Shown in pieces: positions 39,196 through 52,981 of a DNA stretch of 64,000 nucleotides. Position numbers and translations under genes: made by a program. The notes below the pieces were generated by a model. It made no database searches, had not been told where the DNA came from, and saw nothing but the letters and a program-made list of their open reading frames with translations. The stretch is from Eledone cirrhosa. Lineage: Eukaryota. Location of the stretch: contig OZ024740.1 in assembly GCA_964016885.1 (NCBI GenBank), positions 337,962,001 to 338,026,000 on the forward strand, in the 5' to 3' direction. Each line of letters opens with the position of its first letter. The stretch's first letter is position 1.

Positions 39196-40554
39196 TATAT
39201 AAGCTACACAGTAAATTAAGAAAGATATTCTGAAATAAAGTAAATATATTCTCCATTCTGTTGTTGTTGCCACAGCAATTTTTTCTAATTGTTGTGAATT
39301 TGTTGTTGTCCTTTCATTTGATGAAGTAACAACGATTTTTGTCAATATGCCAGTTTAATAAATTTTGACAAGTCTACCTTTTGCCTATATTTTAAATATA
39401 TCATTGTAAGAATGTCCAACAAAATTATTATGAAGAAATAATTTACTGTAAATAAAATAATGGTGACAAGGCAAGAGAACAAAAGAAAAGAATCCGACAA
39501 ACCAACAAAAATAACGATGGCATTAATTATGATGAATAATTATCAAATTTAGAAAGTCAAGTTCAAATTCCATTCCAGGAGAAATCTCACTCCTGGCACT
39601 AATTTTATTCTAACAAGAAATTTTATCTATGTAATCATTTTATATATATTTAAAGATGCTTTAAAAGGCAGTGTGTGAAGTATATATTGGCAGATGTCAT
39701 GACACACATGACAGATAATGCCCATGAAATACATGTTATAAAATCAAAACAAAATGTGCTGTACAAAATAGAACACATAAAAAGGTAAACTGAAGTAGAC
39801 TAGAGTTGTTGTTGGGCCTCCGTCATTTCTGATGACAGGTGTTTCAAATGTTTTACGAATGGGACAGCTTGCTCATGAAATTAATGTGCAAATGGCTGAA
39901 TATTCAACACACACATACATTCTTAATTTTCAAGGAGATTCTGCATGCTACAAGGTATCGAATTCACGACCATATGATCTTAAGCTGAACGCCTTAACCA
40001 CTAAGCCACACACCTTCAGATGATGTGGACTAATACATAACTTTCAAGGAATAACAATATATTACAAAGAATATATTCTAGAGGCATATATAGAAGCATA
40101 TACAATATGTTTATTTATAATAAAAGCCAAAACCAGTCCTGTATGAGCGAGTCATGATGACTGGACTTGGCTTGTCTCACAACGGGGCAACTCGTCTAAC
40201 CCATGCTAGCGTGGAAAATGGACGTTAAACAATGATGATGATAATAAACATACATAAACCTTGCTCTGATTATTTTAAGCTGATTATGTCACCAGTAACT
40301 ATGTGAGAACACTAAATACTATAGTATTTCAGGATCATTAATCCATCATCAGTACTGAAGCAAGAAAGCTAAGGATTGTTATATATAGAATTCTACAAAT
40401 AATACATTTATGGGGATACATAGCATACAGTGTGGACTCATTAGCATACAGTGTGGAATTGATGGGTTAGAGGTACTTAACAGTAATACTAACACTGTGT
40501 GATTCAAAATAGAGATGTTTATAGAATTGTATATAATACATGTATGTATAATGA

Positions 40555-40776
40555 TTTTTAATTTAGGCACAAGACTAGTAATTTTGTGAGGAGCGCTTGT
40601 CAATTAAATTGACCTCAGTACTTGACTGCTACTTTATTTCATCCACCTTGGAAGGATGAAAGAAGTTAACTTTGGCAAGATTTGAACTCAGAATATAAAG
40701 GGGCATAACTAAATGCTGCAAAGCATTTTGCCTGAAAGTCTAACGATTACAATCGTTAGACTTTCAAACAAAATGC
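40555..40776 (-). mobile_element. SINE ending in a palindrome
   Basis: SINE core 40560-40748; gcattttg-cc-tgaaagtctaacgatt-ac-aatcgttagactttca-aa-caaaatgc. Confidence 0.75.
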
Positions 40777-43104
40777 ATAATTATGAGAATTCTCCACCCA
40801 TATATGTTTATGTATAATAAACATATATAAATCTTGTGAGTATTACTGGTAATTAACAAAGAATATAGTTTTCAAATATGTTCTCTTTTAAGACTGTTAT
40901 TTCAGTACTAGCCATATAGATTTTACAGAATCTGAAGAATGAAATGCTTCAGAAAGAAATATAATTTTAAAGGAAATTATGTATTTTATGATCTTCTATA
41001 AACTTTCAATACTCTTCTTATAGTTTTGAAACCAATTGTAGAAGTTCCATGAGTGCTAATAGTTTATTCATATCCCTGCGTGTATCTAAAAAGGTTGGCA
41101 TCAGGAAGAGCACCTGAGTCTGTAAAACACTGCCTCAGAAAGTCCCATACAACTTATACCAGCATGAAAAAGTAGATATAAAAGTGATGAAAAAGCTGAC
41201 AATGATAGCTATGATGGTGATGATGATAATGATGATGGTGATCATGATGATAATGATGATGGTGGTAATGATGATGATGTTGATTGAAGAACTAACAACT
41301 GCAATTATTCTGAAGAACCTCTGACATCTTCAACACCTTGTACTAGTTTTGACACCATTCTAATAAGTCGATTTTATTGACAGAGAAAGATATTAGGAAT
41401 ATCAATGATAGTAATCTCATGTTAGTGTAGGAATATAGTTAAGTCTTCAAAATGTTCTAAGTGCATCAGCTTGCTTTTAACTGTTAATCACTGCTGTGTT
41501 GGAAGAATGTAAACTACGGAAAATATTAAAATATTTCTGTAACATATACACCTTTTATAGCAAGATACTGCAACTATAAATGGTGAAAGGTTTTATTTTT
41601 TATCATTTTTTTTCTTTTTTTCTAAATGTTAGTCTTTCTGGTTTTCCACCACTAAAAAATGGCCAGCCCCTCTTACTTTAATGGCATATATAACTGATTT
41701 GTATTTTTGTAAATGTCTATGTTAGACTATTATTAAAATTGACATTTTTTGAATACATTAGAACCTCCCAGGAGGACAATTTCATTGTTTCCTATTCTCA
41801 CTCACAATCTACACATCTCTTTTGCAATTTCTATTGCATAACTAGAAAAAATCATGCAAGAAATTTCATTAGTAATGAGATGTTATGAAATCCACACTGC
41901 TGAAATGTTATAATCACAATAGATTGAGTTGGAGTTGTGCAAATTTTCGTCTTTCATATTTTTTTCTCACTTCAGATTAAATTAATTTTTATCACAAAAG
42001 AGAAATTGAACAAATAAAATAGATTCTTTTCAAAATCTTTCTATGTTTTTTTATTATTTTTTATTGTCTTTATCTCTCTCACTTACAGGAAACAAATGTG
42101 ATGTGATGGTTATTAAAATATTGATTTCTTTCATAAGTATAAAGCTTGAGATCTGTAGAAGTGAGAAAGTAAGATTGTGTGGTATTCATGCCTTTCTTGA
42201 AAAACAAATAATCAGATGGTGAATCTCATAGCACATTGGGTCATTGGAACACCACTTAAGACATTGCTTTCATGTGCTAAACAGGCATGGCCGTGTGATT
42301 AAGAAGTTTTCTTCCCGAATGCATGGATTTAGATTTAATCCTATGTTGTAGAACCTTCAGCAAATATCTTCCACTCGTTCCTTACAAAAGAAATTTGGTT
42401 GATGAAAATTGTGTCAAAGCCTGTTGTATATAAATCATTATCATCATAATGATGATAATATGTGTGTGATTGTCTATGTTTGCCTTTACATTGACAATAC
42501 CTAAAATTACAGCCTCATGGTTTAGTTGTGTGGCAGGTAAAGATTTATCAATAGAATATGTAAAGTAAGGGGATCCAACTATAGAAAAACTGCCTCAAAA
42601 TATCTCATCCAACCCATGCCAACATGAAAAAAAGATGCAAAAATAATGATGATGGAGATGATGATGATGTTGATGTATTATATTTATTATTTGTATTATT
42701 GTGTCCAAGAGGTATAACTCCTTCAAGTTCAAACCTATAACTATCAAAATTATTATATTTAATATTGCAATGTAAAAATATATTTGTGAACTTTTCCAGT
42801 GTTCTTGCTCCCCTTCTGGTATTTTCTTACAGTTAGATTAATAGATTAACTAGATGCAGTTGGATGAGATTTTAGCTTTGATTGATTAACAAGTCTGATG
42901 AGCAAATCATACTGGAGTCAAGTCTATAGCCTTAATATAGATTCTGAGCCATCCATCTATGAAATGCTCATAACTGTGTATAACCAATAAAGACCTTAAT
43001 ATGAAACCTCACTTTGTTTTTAATAAATACACTCTGACTTAGCATAGAGTGATGATTTTAGTACTTGCCTCAGAAAACCACGAATCTACTGAACCACTTA
43101 TTTG

Positions 43105-43327
43105 CAGTTGGATTGGCAGTATTGGTAGAGGATCGGACGCCATGATTTGCAGTATAGAGTTACAACCCTTTACGGTCTGAGTTCAAATCCTGCCTAGGTT
43201 ACCTTTGCGTTTCATCCTTACGGGGTCGATAAAATAAAGTACCAGTCACGCACGGGGTTGATGTAATCAACTTTCGCTTCCCCCAAAATTGCTGGCCTTG
43301 TGCTTATATATGAAACCATTATTATCA
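43105..43327 (+). mobile_element. tRNA-derived SINE, near full length
   Basis: A-box-like tggcagtattggtag, B-box gagttcaaatcc, core tttcatccttacggggtcgataaaataaagtaccag. Confidence 0.85.
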
Positions 43328-43340
43328 TATATATATATAT

Positions 43341-44707
43341 GTTCAAGATCGGCTTCCCATGGGAACTCCTATATGCAGATGATCTAACGCTCATAGCTGA
43401 ATCAATGGCTGAACTAGAGAAGAAATTCCAAACATGGAAGCATGGCCTAGAATCAAAAGGCCTTAAAATTAACTTGTCTAAGACAAAAGTCCTAATATGT
43501 AGGAAGGAGAATAGGGCACTGGTCCCATCTGGGAAATGGCCATGCTCAGTGTGTAGGAAAGGAGTAGGCAGAAACTCCATTTTATCTCCCAAATGCAAGG
43601 TATGGGTGCATAAAAGATGTAGTGGGATCACTGGTAAGCTAACTAATAATATAGATTTTATATGTGGCCAGTGCTCTGGTGCAATAAGTAGCAGCAAATG
43701 CCCACAGAATACTAGCTCATTCCATTGCCCAAATGGTTCTATAGAAATAGTGGACACCTTCCGTTACCTGGGTGACAAAATCAGCAGTGGTGGAGGGTGC
43801 TCCGAAAGTACTGTAGCTAGAGTCAGAACGGGAGGGTAAAAGTTCAGAGAGCTTATACCACTATTGGCCACTAAGGGTTTCTCTCTAAAAATGAAAGGCA
43901 GGCTGTATGATGCCTGTATACGAACAGCGATGTTACATGGCAGTGAGACATGGGCCTTGTGTGCAGAGGATCTACGCAAACTGGAGAGGAACGAAGCTAG
44001 CATGGTCCATTGGATGTGTAATAGTTATATATGTGAACGGCAAAGCATAAATGAACTAAGTGAGAAATTAGGAATAAGAGGGATCAGATGCTGTTTACTC
44101 GAGAGAAGACTATGTTGGTATGGTCATGTGATGCGTATGAAAGATGACAGCTGTATAAAAAAGTGCAGGGTGATCAAAATAGATGGTAGCTACGGAGTAG
44201 GCAGACCCAGAAAAACCTGGGATGACTTGATAAATTCCGACCTCACATACTTACACCTCTCCAAGACAATGTCACTGGACCGAGATCTTTGGCGGTACGC
44301 AGTAATACAGAAGACCCGGCTTGCCTAAGTACAAAGCGAAACCTACAGTCAGTAGGAACCTCTTAACCAAAATACCCCCCCCCCCCACCATCTACACCAC
44401 CCCTTTCGATGTAATGCTATGTTGGTACCACAACATCCAGTCCTAAATAAATGAGGTCGTGTAGGTGTCACAACAAAAAAACACACAGTCCACGCTGTAA
44501 TGTGGCTGTGTAGGTATCACAGTAAAAACCTCCCAGTCCCACACTGTAAATGTGGTTGGTGTTAGGAAGGGCATCCAGCTGTAGAAAACCCGCCAGACAG
44601 TCCTATATGAGTGAGACAACCAATCTTGCCTCAAGTGGGACAATTCCCGTCCAGACCCATGCTAGCGTGGAAGATGGACGTTAAACGATGATGATGATGA
44701 TGATGAT
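43341..44707 (+). mobile_element. 5'-truncated RTE LINE (family C), one in-frame stop
   Basis: ELLYADDL, PHD-like Cys cluster, FRYLGD, KGRLYDAC, GRPRKTW; TAA at 43837-43839; long 3'UTR; (GAT)n tail. Confidence 0.93.
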
Positions 44708-45639
44708 ATGATATATAACTCATGCAAGTATGGAACAGCAGAAAATGAAAATGATGATGGTATATATATATGAAAACATTATGCTAAATATCATGAATTT
44801 TAAGTATAACAGTCGAAGCAATATTCACTCCACTATTCACTTAACTAAGTGCTTTCTGCTTGTTTGTATTCCTCATCAAATGAATTTCAATCTATTCATT
44901 CATCTTATATCTGTCACATTTATTTTTAAAATCATTTACTGTTGTGACGTTTACTACATGACCTGGCAAATTATTCTATTTACTAGTAACTCTTTGAGAA
45001 AAAAAATATTCCTTCTGATGTGTTTAGAGCATTGTTTCTTATAAAGTATTTAATTCAGACCTCATCTTATATTTTCATTATTTGGAATAGTGTACTAACA
45101 TTTATATTTTCAACTCCTTTCATCATTTAAAATACTTTTTCATATTTTCTCTTTGCTTTCTCTCCTCTAATGTTGTATTTCCTGGGGTTTCACATAACTA
45201 TATCTTTATAAAAAGGAAGTTTGTTTGTTTGTAAGTTGATTGCTAAAACACTAAATAAAATTGATAATAATTATGGTTTATCGTGTGTTTTTAACTAATC
45301 TGACCTCTATCAAGCTTAGTGTTGACTTATTTTCCAAAAATGGAATGCTGCGCAAGTTGGGGGAGTTTTTGCTGCTCTTTCTTGCACACAAATACTGTCT
45401 CTTCATCCATCATGCTACCTATATATAGAGGAGGAAACACTACACCTCGCACTCAATACCCCCCCCCCCCCGTCTCATTAACGCTTTTTCTCTCTATCTG
45501 TATATCTGTCTTTCACTCTTTCTGTATGTATCATCATCATCATCATCATCATTTAATGTATATCTTCCATGCTAGCATGGGTTAAAACAGAGAGAGAGAC
45601 TCACACACATATATGTATATATATTTATATATAATTGTT

Positions 45640-45903
45640 ATTGTACAAACAATACAATGGGAGGAAACATAATAGTACCACTGATGATGTTGCAGATGTG
45701 CAATGAAAGAACTTTGATAGACTATATATTTATATCTGTATTTTTAACCGTTGGTCAATCAATGATAAACATTGATTGCCAAATAAATTAACTATGGAGA
45801 TATAAAAGATACAGAAGTGAAAACTAACCAAACAGTGAGTGTGTTCTATTATTATTTCTGGCAATATTATTACAACAATATGACCCTCCCCAAGTATAAC
45901 AAT
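45640..45903 (+). mobile_element. Solo pLTR of the 57912 Penelope family with degenerate hammerhead
   Basis: cca-CTGATGA-t-gttgca-gatg-tgcaat-GAAA; homologous to 59400-59665 and 30040-30180. Confidence 0.7.
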
Positions 45904-46329
45904 ATATATATATATATATATATATATGAGGATCATGAAGACAATTTTTTACCTATGATTTTTTATGTTTTCCACTAATCTGATCTCTGACATGCTTGCA
46001 ATAGCCTTCTTTTGCAAAAAGGAAAGTGGGGTGAGGGGGAACGCTTGGATTTTCCCAGCCTCAGAGATTTCTTCTGTGCAAATAACAGAGGCAGGAAGGA
46101 TGGGGACACTTGGAGTTACCTCTCAGCTGTTTACATTTATAGAAAAGCAATCCCTTGATACTGAAGTATGTTTTTATCCTGCATCATTTTGTATTGTTTT
46201 AGAAAGCGTTGTAAGCTTAATTAATTACGTGTTCCCCAATTTCCAAATCCACCATTCCAATGCCATCAACAAAATCTTCAAAACTGATGTCTGGAGATAT
46301 CTAGATCTATAAATCTATCAACAAAGTTG

Positions 46330-46820
46330 TCAACAAGGACAATGCTGTTCATTATCCCATTGAATTTCTCAACAATCTGGAACTGTCAGTATGCTGCCAA
46401 ACAACCTTGAATTAAAGAAGGGCACAGTTACCAGGCTTCTCAGAAACTTGAATCAACCAATATTGTGCATTAGGACATGTATGGTTGTGACTGAACTACA
46501 GCCTCACATTATCGAAGCCAAAGTCCTCACTGGATATGGTAAGAGAGACATCGAATTCATACCTTGAATGCTACTAATACCAACAGATGTCCCTTTTCAT
46601 TTTAAATGATTGCAATTACCACTGGGAGTCAGTTACATAATGAGTATTAACAAGACCCAAGATCAAAACCCGGAGGTTGTTGGTCTCCATCTAGAAGAAG
46701 GCTGTTTCTCACATGGTCAATTGTATGCATATTATTCCAGACTAGGAACACCTCACAAACTCTTCATATATGCTCCAAAAAAAAAAGTTAAAACATTGTA
46801 CATACAGAAGTTCTCTAAAT
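46330..46820 (+). mobile_element. Helitron helicase remnant
   Basis: YPIEFLN...LLRNLNQP...IIEAKVLTG...INKTQDQ...CFSHGQLYAYYSR, with stops. Confidence 0.88.
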
Positions 46821-47029
46821 GGTTCATAATTTTCGTAGAATACATTTCTCTATTATTTTCTTTATTACTTTCTGTATTTAGATATTCTAAATAAATTTTT
46901 AAAATTATATTATGTAATATGGAAATACCTTTTAATATATTTTATTCTAAGAAAATGTACATTACAACAGATGACAATAGGTACTTTATGAATAGATTTG
47001 AGTACAGTACAGACCAGGATGAAGGCTGG

Positions 47030-48930
47030 GAGGCCACTTGTTTTTTCAAAAAACAAATTTTTCAATTCTCTTAGTATTTTTGTTGCTCTTCTCTGGACTT
47101 TTAAAATATCTTTTATGTCCTTTTCAAGGTTAGGTGACAAAGCCTGTATCATATAATTTTAGTGGGATCACACATACCTTTTATATAGAATTAGCATTTT
47201 TTCTGCATTTAGGTAGATAAAGGAATGTTTTATTATTCCTATCAACTTGACTTTTTGTTATCTTTTTAACCTGGTCAGCCACCTTTAAATTTGAACACTA
47301 AATATTCCCAAATCGTTTCCTTGTTCTGTTGCAGCCAACATTTTCTATTCATAGTATGTTGCAGCTCTATGTTACCACTTCTGCAGTGCATAAACAATAC
47401 ATCTTAAAATATCAAAAGTTATCACCCATTCCTTTAAACATTCCTCCAATCTATTTAGATCTCTCTGTTATTATCATGCCATTTATATATCTTTGTGTCA
47501 TCTGTAAAGATCTTACATTTGTATTGTTATGAAAAGAGGGGAAACAAAATAATATATTTATATATATTGCAAAGAGTATGGGCCCCCCAATACATACATT
47601 TTGCCAAACTACTCTCATTAATTGACATGCATTATTTTCTGTTAGTCAAGAAAGCTTCAAACCATCTCAGGAAATTTTTCTTCAATAGCAATTCTGTGCA
47701 ATTTATGTAGTAATCTATGTAATAGCACACTATTAAATGCATTTCTAAAATCTAAATAAATGGCAACAAATCCATTAATATTATCATACATTTGTATCCA
47801 GTCTTCCACTGTTTCTAGTTAATTTGTCAGACATGACATACTAAGTACAAATGCATGTTTACTTTCCAGCAGACAGATATTTATGATGATAAAGCCTATC
47901 ATCATTCCTCTTACAATAGTTTGAAGTATCTTGACTACTTGTGATATTAATGATATTGCTCTATAATTACTGGTGTTTGTCTCTCCCCTTTCTTATAAAT
48001 TACTATCACAATTGCTATTTTCCAGTCTAATCAGAGATATCTTTCTCTTAGTGACTTGTTAAATAATATTATATGTACTGGTGTTATAACATCTAATAAA
48101 TCTTTAAAATCACTGGGATGGATTTCATCAGATCTTACAACCGTGTAAACATGTAAACATTTAAATTATTTATAATTTACTTTACTTTATACTCCTCCAC
48201 TTGTATATTATCAACTACTGCCATCTGGATATGTGATGGTAGATGTAACTCAACACTTTTTTTCATTTTGTTAAACAGGGACTTCACACACTCACTTAAT
48301 ATTAACTCTTCTTTATTAATACTGATATGAAGACTTTCTTTAATTCCCTGTCAGCTCAAAATCTGTTCTTCTTCATTCTCCAGTGGCTTTTTCCAAATTG
48401 CAAACTAGATGTCTTATAGTCTTATTTCTATTCACATCTTTATAAAATGAGGGCTTGGACCAAGTTATTTTCATAACTTCTCTTTGCGGTATGAATTACT
48501 TCTCTTGCTTTCAAATACTGTGTGTATCAAGTATAATTCATTCTTTCTTTATATCTTGTCCATGCACAATTTTCATTTTTGTATGGCCTTTAAAGATTTC
48601 CTCTTTATCTAAGGTTTATCTGATGTCTTAGGCTTAGCTTCCTGTTCATAACATCTTACAGCTTCTTTATATTTATGCTTAATAATATCCCATGCATCAC
48701 AGATACCCTGGTCATGCAGCAATTCTTTCTAACTGAGGCTTTAAAATTCTCTCATTGCTTTATATTTTCCTTTATGGTAATTGTATTGCTTCCTTAATTC
48801 ACTGTACCTCTGTTTATAATCAATATTTAAAGCTCATAACAGTATGATCACTACATCCCAATGGTTCATGTACTATCACCTTTCTTACATAATATATATT
48901 TCTTGTCAGTATTAGATATATCACACTTGG
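47030..48930 (-). mobile_element. Highly degenerate CR1-like LINE
   Basis: PLGCSDH (APE end, ~48850) to SPNLEKDIKDILKVQRRATK (~47100). Confidence 0.72.
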
Positions 48931-49248
48931 CCTATCTCTTCAAAAATATGATGCATAGAATTCTAAAATTACAAAATGTAAAAATCAATTAAAAAATTGA
49001 TAAGAATGGATTAGCAAGGGAATGAGTTAAAAGGTTGAACATAATATGAATTAAAATGACCTAATAAGAAATAAAGGGATTCAACACAGGGAAATTATTT
49101 GTCATTAACTAAGCATAGATTTGATTGCCGAGATACTTTGATGTAAAGCAAGAGAATATTACTTAAGTATGTGGAATTGCAAAGTGACCTTCGTCCGAAA
49201 TAGGAACGAAAAAATAAGAACAAAAAAAATTACAAGCAAAAAACTTAC

Positions 49249-49348
49249 CTCCAACCGTTGAAATTTTCTTAATGAGAAGCCAGCATTTTCATAACAGTAT
49301 TGTTCAAAAGATTTAATTTCTTCTCTCAATTGCTTTCCAATTGCTAAT
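49249..49348 (-). other. Candidate 100-nt coding exon
   Basis: ag| acceptor, GAG|GTAAGT donor, open frame LAIGKQLREEIKSFEQYCYENAGFSLRKFQRLE. Confidence 0.5.
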
Positions 49349-49439
49349 CTTTTGATTGTTAAAGAACATTAAAGAAAAGAAAGCTTATATATATACATAT
49401 TGATATATACACATGCACATATCCAATACATCCCCCAGC

Positions 49440-50040
49440 TCTTCATTTGACATGAATACCCACCCATCCACCCTAGTCCAAGCTGCTCAAATCTGCAACC
49501 ATATCATCATTCACATTATCTCCCTCACTCCTCACACTTACTCTAACTCTAACCATCTATTTCCTTTAACTTACCATCCCTGTGCCTGAAGGAAATGTGT
49601 ATCTTCTGCCTCTTCCAGTCTGATTCTACCTCAATTCCTCTCTTCTCTAATACACTCCACCCTTCCTTTAAGAGCATTTGTAACCTACATACTATACTGG
49701 TCCATAGATTCTCCTTCTGCATCCTCATATGATACTCAAATTCCTCCCCCCTTCCTGCCCTTGCTGACACACCGTTTGTTCAACACAAACACAACCTCCT
49801 ACACCATACCCAACTATTGCACCTTCTATATTTCTGACATTTTGGCTGTATTTCCACTATCATCATATATTACATCAAGTGATCTCTTTACAATGCTCTA
49901 TACATTGGTAAACCTGGCTGTCAATATGCTGACTGATTCAAAGAGAATCTCCCTGATATCTATTTTCTGAAGAAATATTTGATCCAAAACATCAAAAATA
50001 ACACCATCTTGTTTTTGTTTTTCATTCATTACGCACACAC
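49440..50040 (+). mobile_element. Degenerate Penelope-like remnant with decayed hammerhead
   Basis: IIYYIK*SLYNALYIGKPG..YAD*FKENL (GIY-YIG); tttt-CTGAAGA...AAAAC-ATC-aaaa at 49962-49998. Confidence 0.6.
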
Positions 50041-50069
50041 ATACAATTGCACCTCTCAAAGGTGATGAC

Positions 50070-50500
50070 ACAGGACCAAGATTTCTGGTGGTATGCAGTA
50101 ATACAGAAGACGCACCTTCCCATGAGCACAGGCTGAAGCATACATCTGGTATGCACCACCTTCAACTCCATCCCCCTTCCATAATCCTCTCATATCCTAA
50201 CACCCCAACCATGTCCTGACATTCCACCACTCACACATGCCCAATACCTACCTCCCTAATACCCACACACCTCCCCCACCAAAGTCCCCAGTCCACACTC
50301 TAAATTGCTTCTGTTGGTATCACAAGAAAGAATGCCCAGTCCAGACTATAAAGTGGTCGTGTAGGACAAAAAGCACCCAGGACACACTGTAAATGTGGTT
50401 GGTGTTAGCCATAGAAACACTCCTGTATGAGCAAGAAGGGTCACCTGAGCCAACTTGCCTTAAATGGGACAGCCCATCTAACCCATGCTAGTGTAAAATA
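50070..50500 (+). mobile_element. Degenerate RTE 3' end (family A-like)
   Basis: ggaccaagatttctggtggtatgcagtaatacagaagac...ccatctaacccatgctag. Confidence 0.65.
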
Positions 50501-50533
50501 TAGACATTGAATGATTATATATATATACATATA

Positions 50534-52968
50534 TCATCATCATCATCATCATCATTTTACGTCCGCTCTTCCCTGCTTGCAAGGGTGGAACGGGTCTTAT
50601 TCAGCACAGCATTTCCCCACTTGTCACGGTCCTTCGTCATCTCCACCGTGAGCTTCAGCGATCTGAGGTCTGTTCTCACCACCTCCGCCCATGTTTTTCG
50701 TGGTCTACCTCTACCACGTCTTCCTTCAACTGGCATTTCCTGGCATTTCTTCACCCACCAGTCATCCTCCATGCGCATCACATGTCCATACCACCGCACT
50801 CGCCTCTCTCGCACACTACATTCTATCCTTCTCAGACACAGTTTCTCTCTCAACACATTTATGCTGGGTCGTACACGCACATTTACATTGCACATCCAAT
50901 GGAGCATGCTTGCCTCATTTCTCTCCAGCCGTCGCATATCCTCTGCAGTTGCTGCCCATGTCTCACTACCATGCAGCATCGCGCTCCTCACACAGGCATC
51001 ATATAACCGGCCTTTCGTACACAGGGAAAAACCCTTCTTCGTCAACAGAGTTAGCAGCTCCCTAAACTTCTTCCAACCCGTCCTTATTCTAGATACTATG
51101 GCCTCGGAACACCCTCCTCCCATGCTAATCTGATCTCCTAGGTACCGGAAGCTATCCACCACTTCTATAGCGCCCTCTTGCATTTGAAAAATGTGTCTAT
51201 CAGTGCGACTTCTACTGTCTAATTTCCCTGTACATCTACTGCATACATATTTCTCCCTACCTGTTAGTTTGCCTGCTATCCCGCTACATCTCTTGTGTAC
51301 CCAGGATCTGCATTGTGTGCATTTTATAGAATTTATGCCAGTTCCTTTTCTGCATATCGAACATGGCCATTTCCCTGACGGAATCAGAGTTTTGTCCTCT
51401 TTTCTACTCATCAACACTTTTGGCTTAGCTAGATTCACTCTCAGTCCTCTTGCTTCCAACTGCTGTTTCCATAGCCAGAATTTATTCTCTAGCTCCTCTA
51501 CTGATTCTGCTATAAGAACCAGATCGTCAGCATAGAGAAGTTCCCATGGACAGCCAGTCTTAAACTCCTCTGTTATGGCTTGGAGGACTATATTGAACAA
51601 GAGTGGGCTGAGGACCGAACCCTGATGTACTCCTACTTGTATCTGGAATTCCTCACTAAACTCCATTCCTACCCTGACTTTACTGAGAGTACCTCTGTAC
51701 AAAGTTTGCAGTGTCCTCACAAGCCATTCCTCAACACCTACCTTCCTTAGGGACCACCAGATGACAGATCGGGGTACCCTATCAAAGGCCTTCTCTAGGT
51801 CAACAAAGGCTAAGTATAGTGGCTTATTCTTCTCTAAGAACCTCTCTTGCAATTGTCTCACCAAGAAGAGGGCATCTGTTGTACTCTTCCCAGGCACAAA
51901 ACCAAACTGCATCTCATCTAGATGACCCTTTCTCTAATTAGTTGTGCTAAAATATTTTCTGCCACTTTCATAACCTGATCTATCAGTTTTATACCCCTAT
52001 AATTGCTCCTCTCCAAAGCATCCCCTTTACCTTTGTAGCAATTTATGAGAATACTGCTGCACCAATCTTTGGGTATGACACCACCATATATAGCCTGATT
52101 GATGATGCGTGCAACCAGTTTAGTGCCTACGTCCCCTGATGCCTTCAGCATCTCAGCAACTATTCCCGATGGTCCGGCAGCCTCTTGGACCCTATATTCA
52201 TCAATCTCAGTAGCTGGTCCCTCTGTCGGATCCACCAAGGGTAATTTCTCTCTCTCCCATTCATTCTCCACATTCATCAGTCTCTCATAATGACATTTCC
52301 AGGCCTCCTTTTTCTGATCATTCGTGACACTAAGTACCCCGGCATCATCCCGGACACATTTATCTCCAACAACATCCTGATTTGCATTGACACACTGCCT
52401 TGCAATGTGGAACACCGCACGCCTCTGATCTTCCCGTCGCAGAACATTGGCAAACCTCCTACTCTCTGCCTCCCTGCGTGCTAAGTACACCTGACGTCTA
52501 GCTTCTCTCTTAGTGGCTGTATATTCTTCCCTACTCCCACCCTTTTTCCAAGCCTTCCATGCTAGTCTTTTGTCTCTAATAGCCTTATCTACTGTGCTGT
52601 TCCACCACCAGGTCACTCTCTGTCTGGTTGGAGCTCTGCTCCAGCCACAGGTTTCATCAGTAGCCTGCAGCAAGTTGTCACGTAAGAAATTCCAGTTATT
52701 ATCTATGTCATACGTCTCTAAATCGTCTTCTTTTTGGTCATATACATCTTGAAGGGCTTTCCTAAATTTGTATTTTAGTGAAAGGTCTTTTAGCTTCCAG
52801 ACCTTTCTTCTCCACACCTTCCTATATGTCTCATTCCATCTCTTGCTTACTGAGATATCACTCACAACTAACCTATGCTGTGGGGTACATTCTTCCCCAG
52901 GGTATGCCTTGGTATTAGACACTATCTGCCTGTCCCGCTGCCTAACTAGCAGGAAGTCAATCTGGCTT
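50534..52968 (-). mobile_element. 5'-truncated RTE LINE (family B, copy 1), ORF2 broken near 51915
   Basis: APE C-terminus (QIDFLLV, QHRLVV), QFGF, VDLEKAFD, GVHQGSVLSP, YADD, C4HC3 PHD; stop next to the (GAT)n tail. Confidence 0.95.
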
Positions 52969-52981
52969 ATGTATATATATA

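Noticed and set aside
43105-43200. tRNA genes
   Set aside because: A/B boxes present but no cloverleaf; continues into the SINE core
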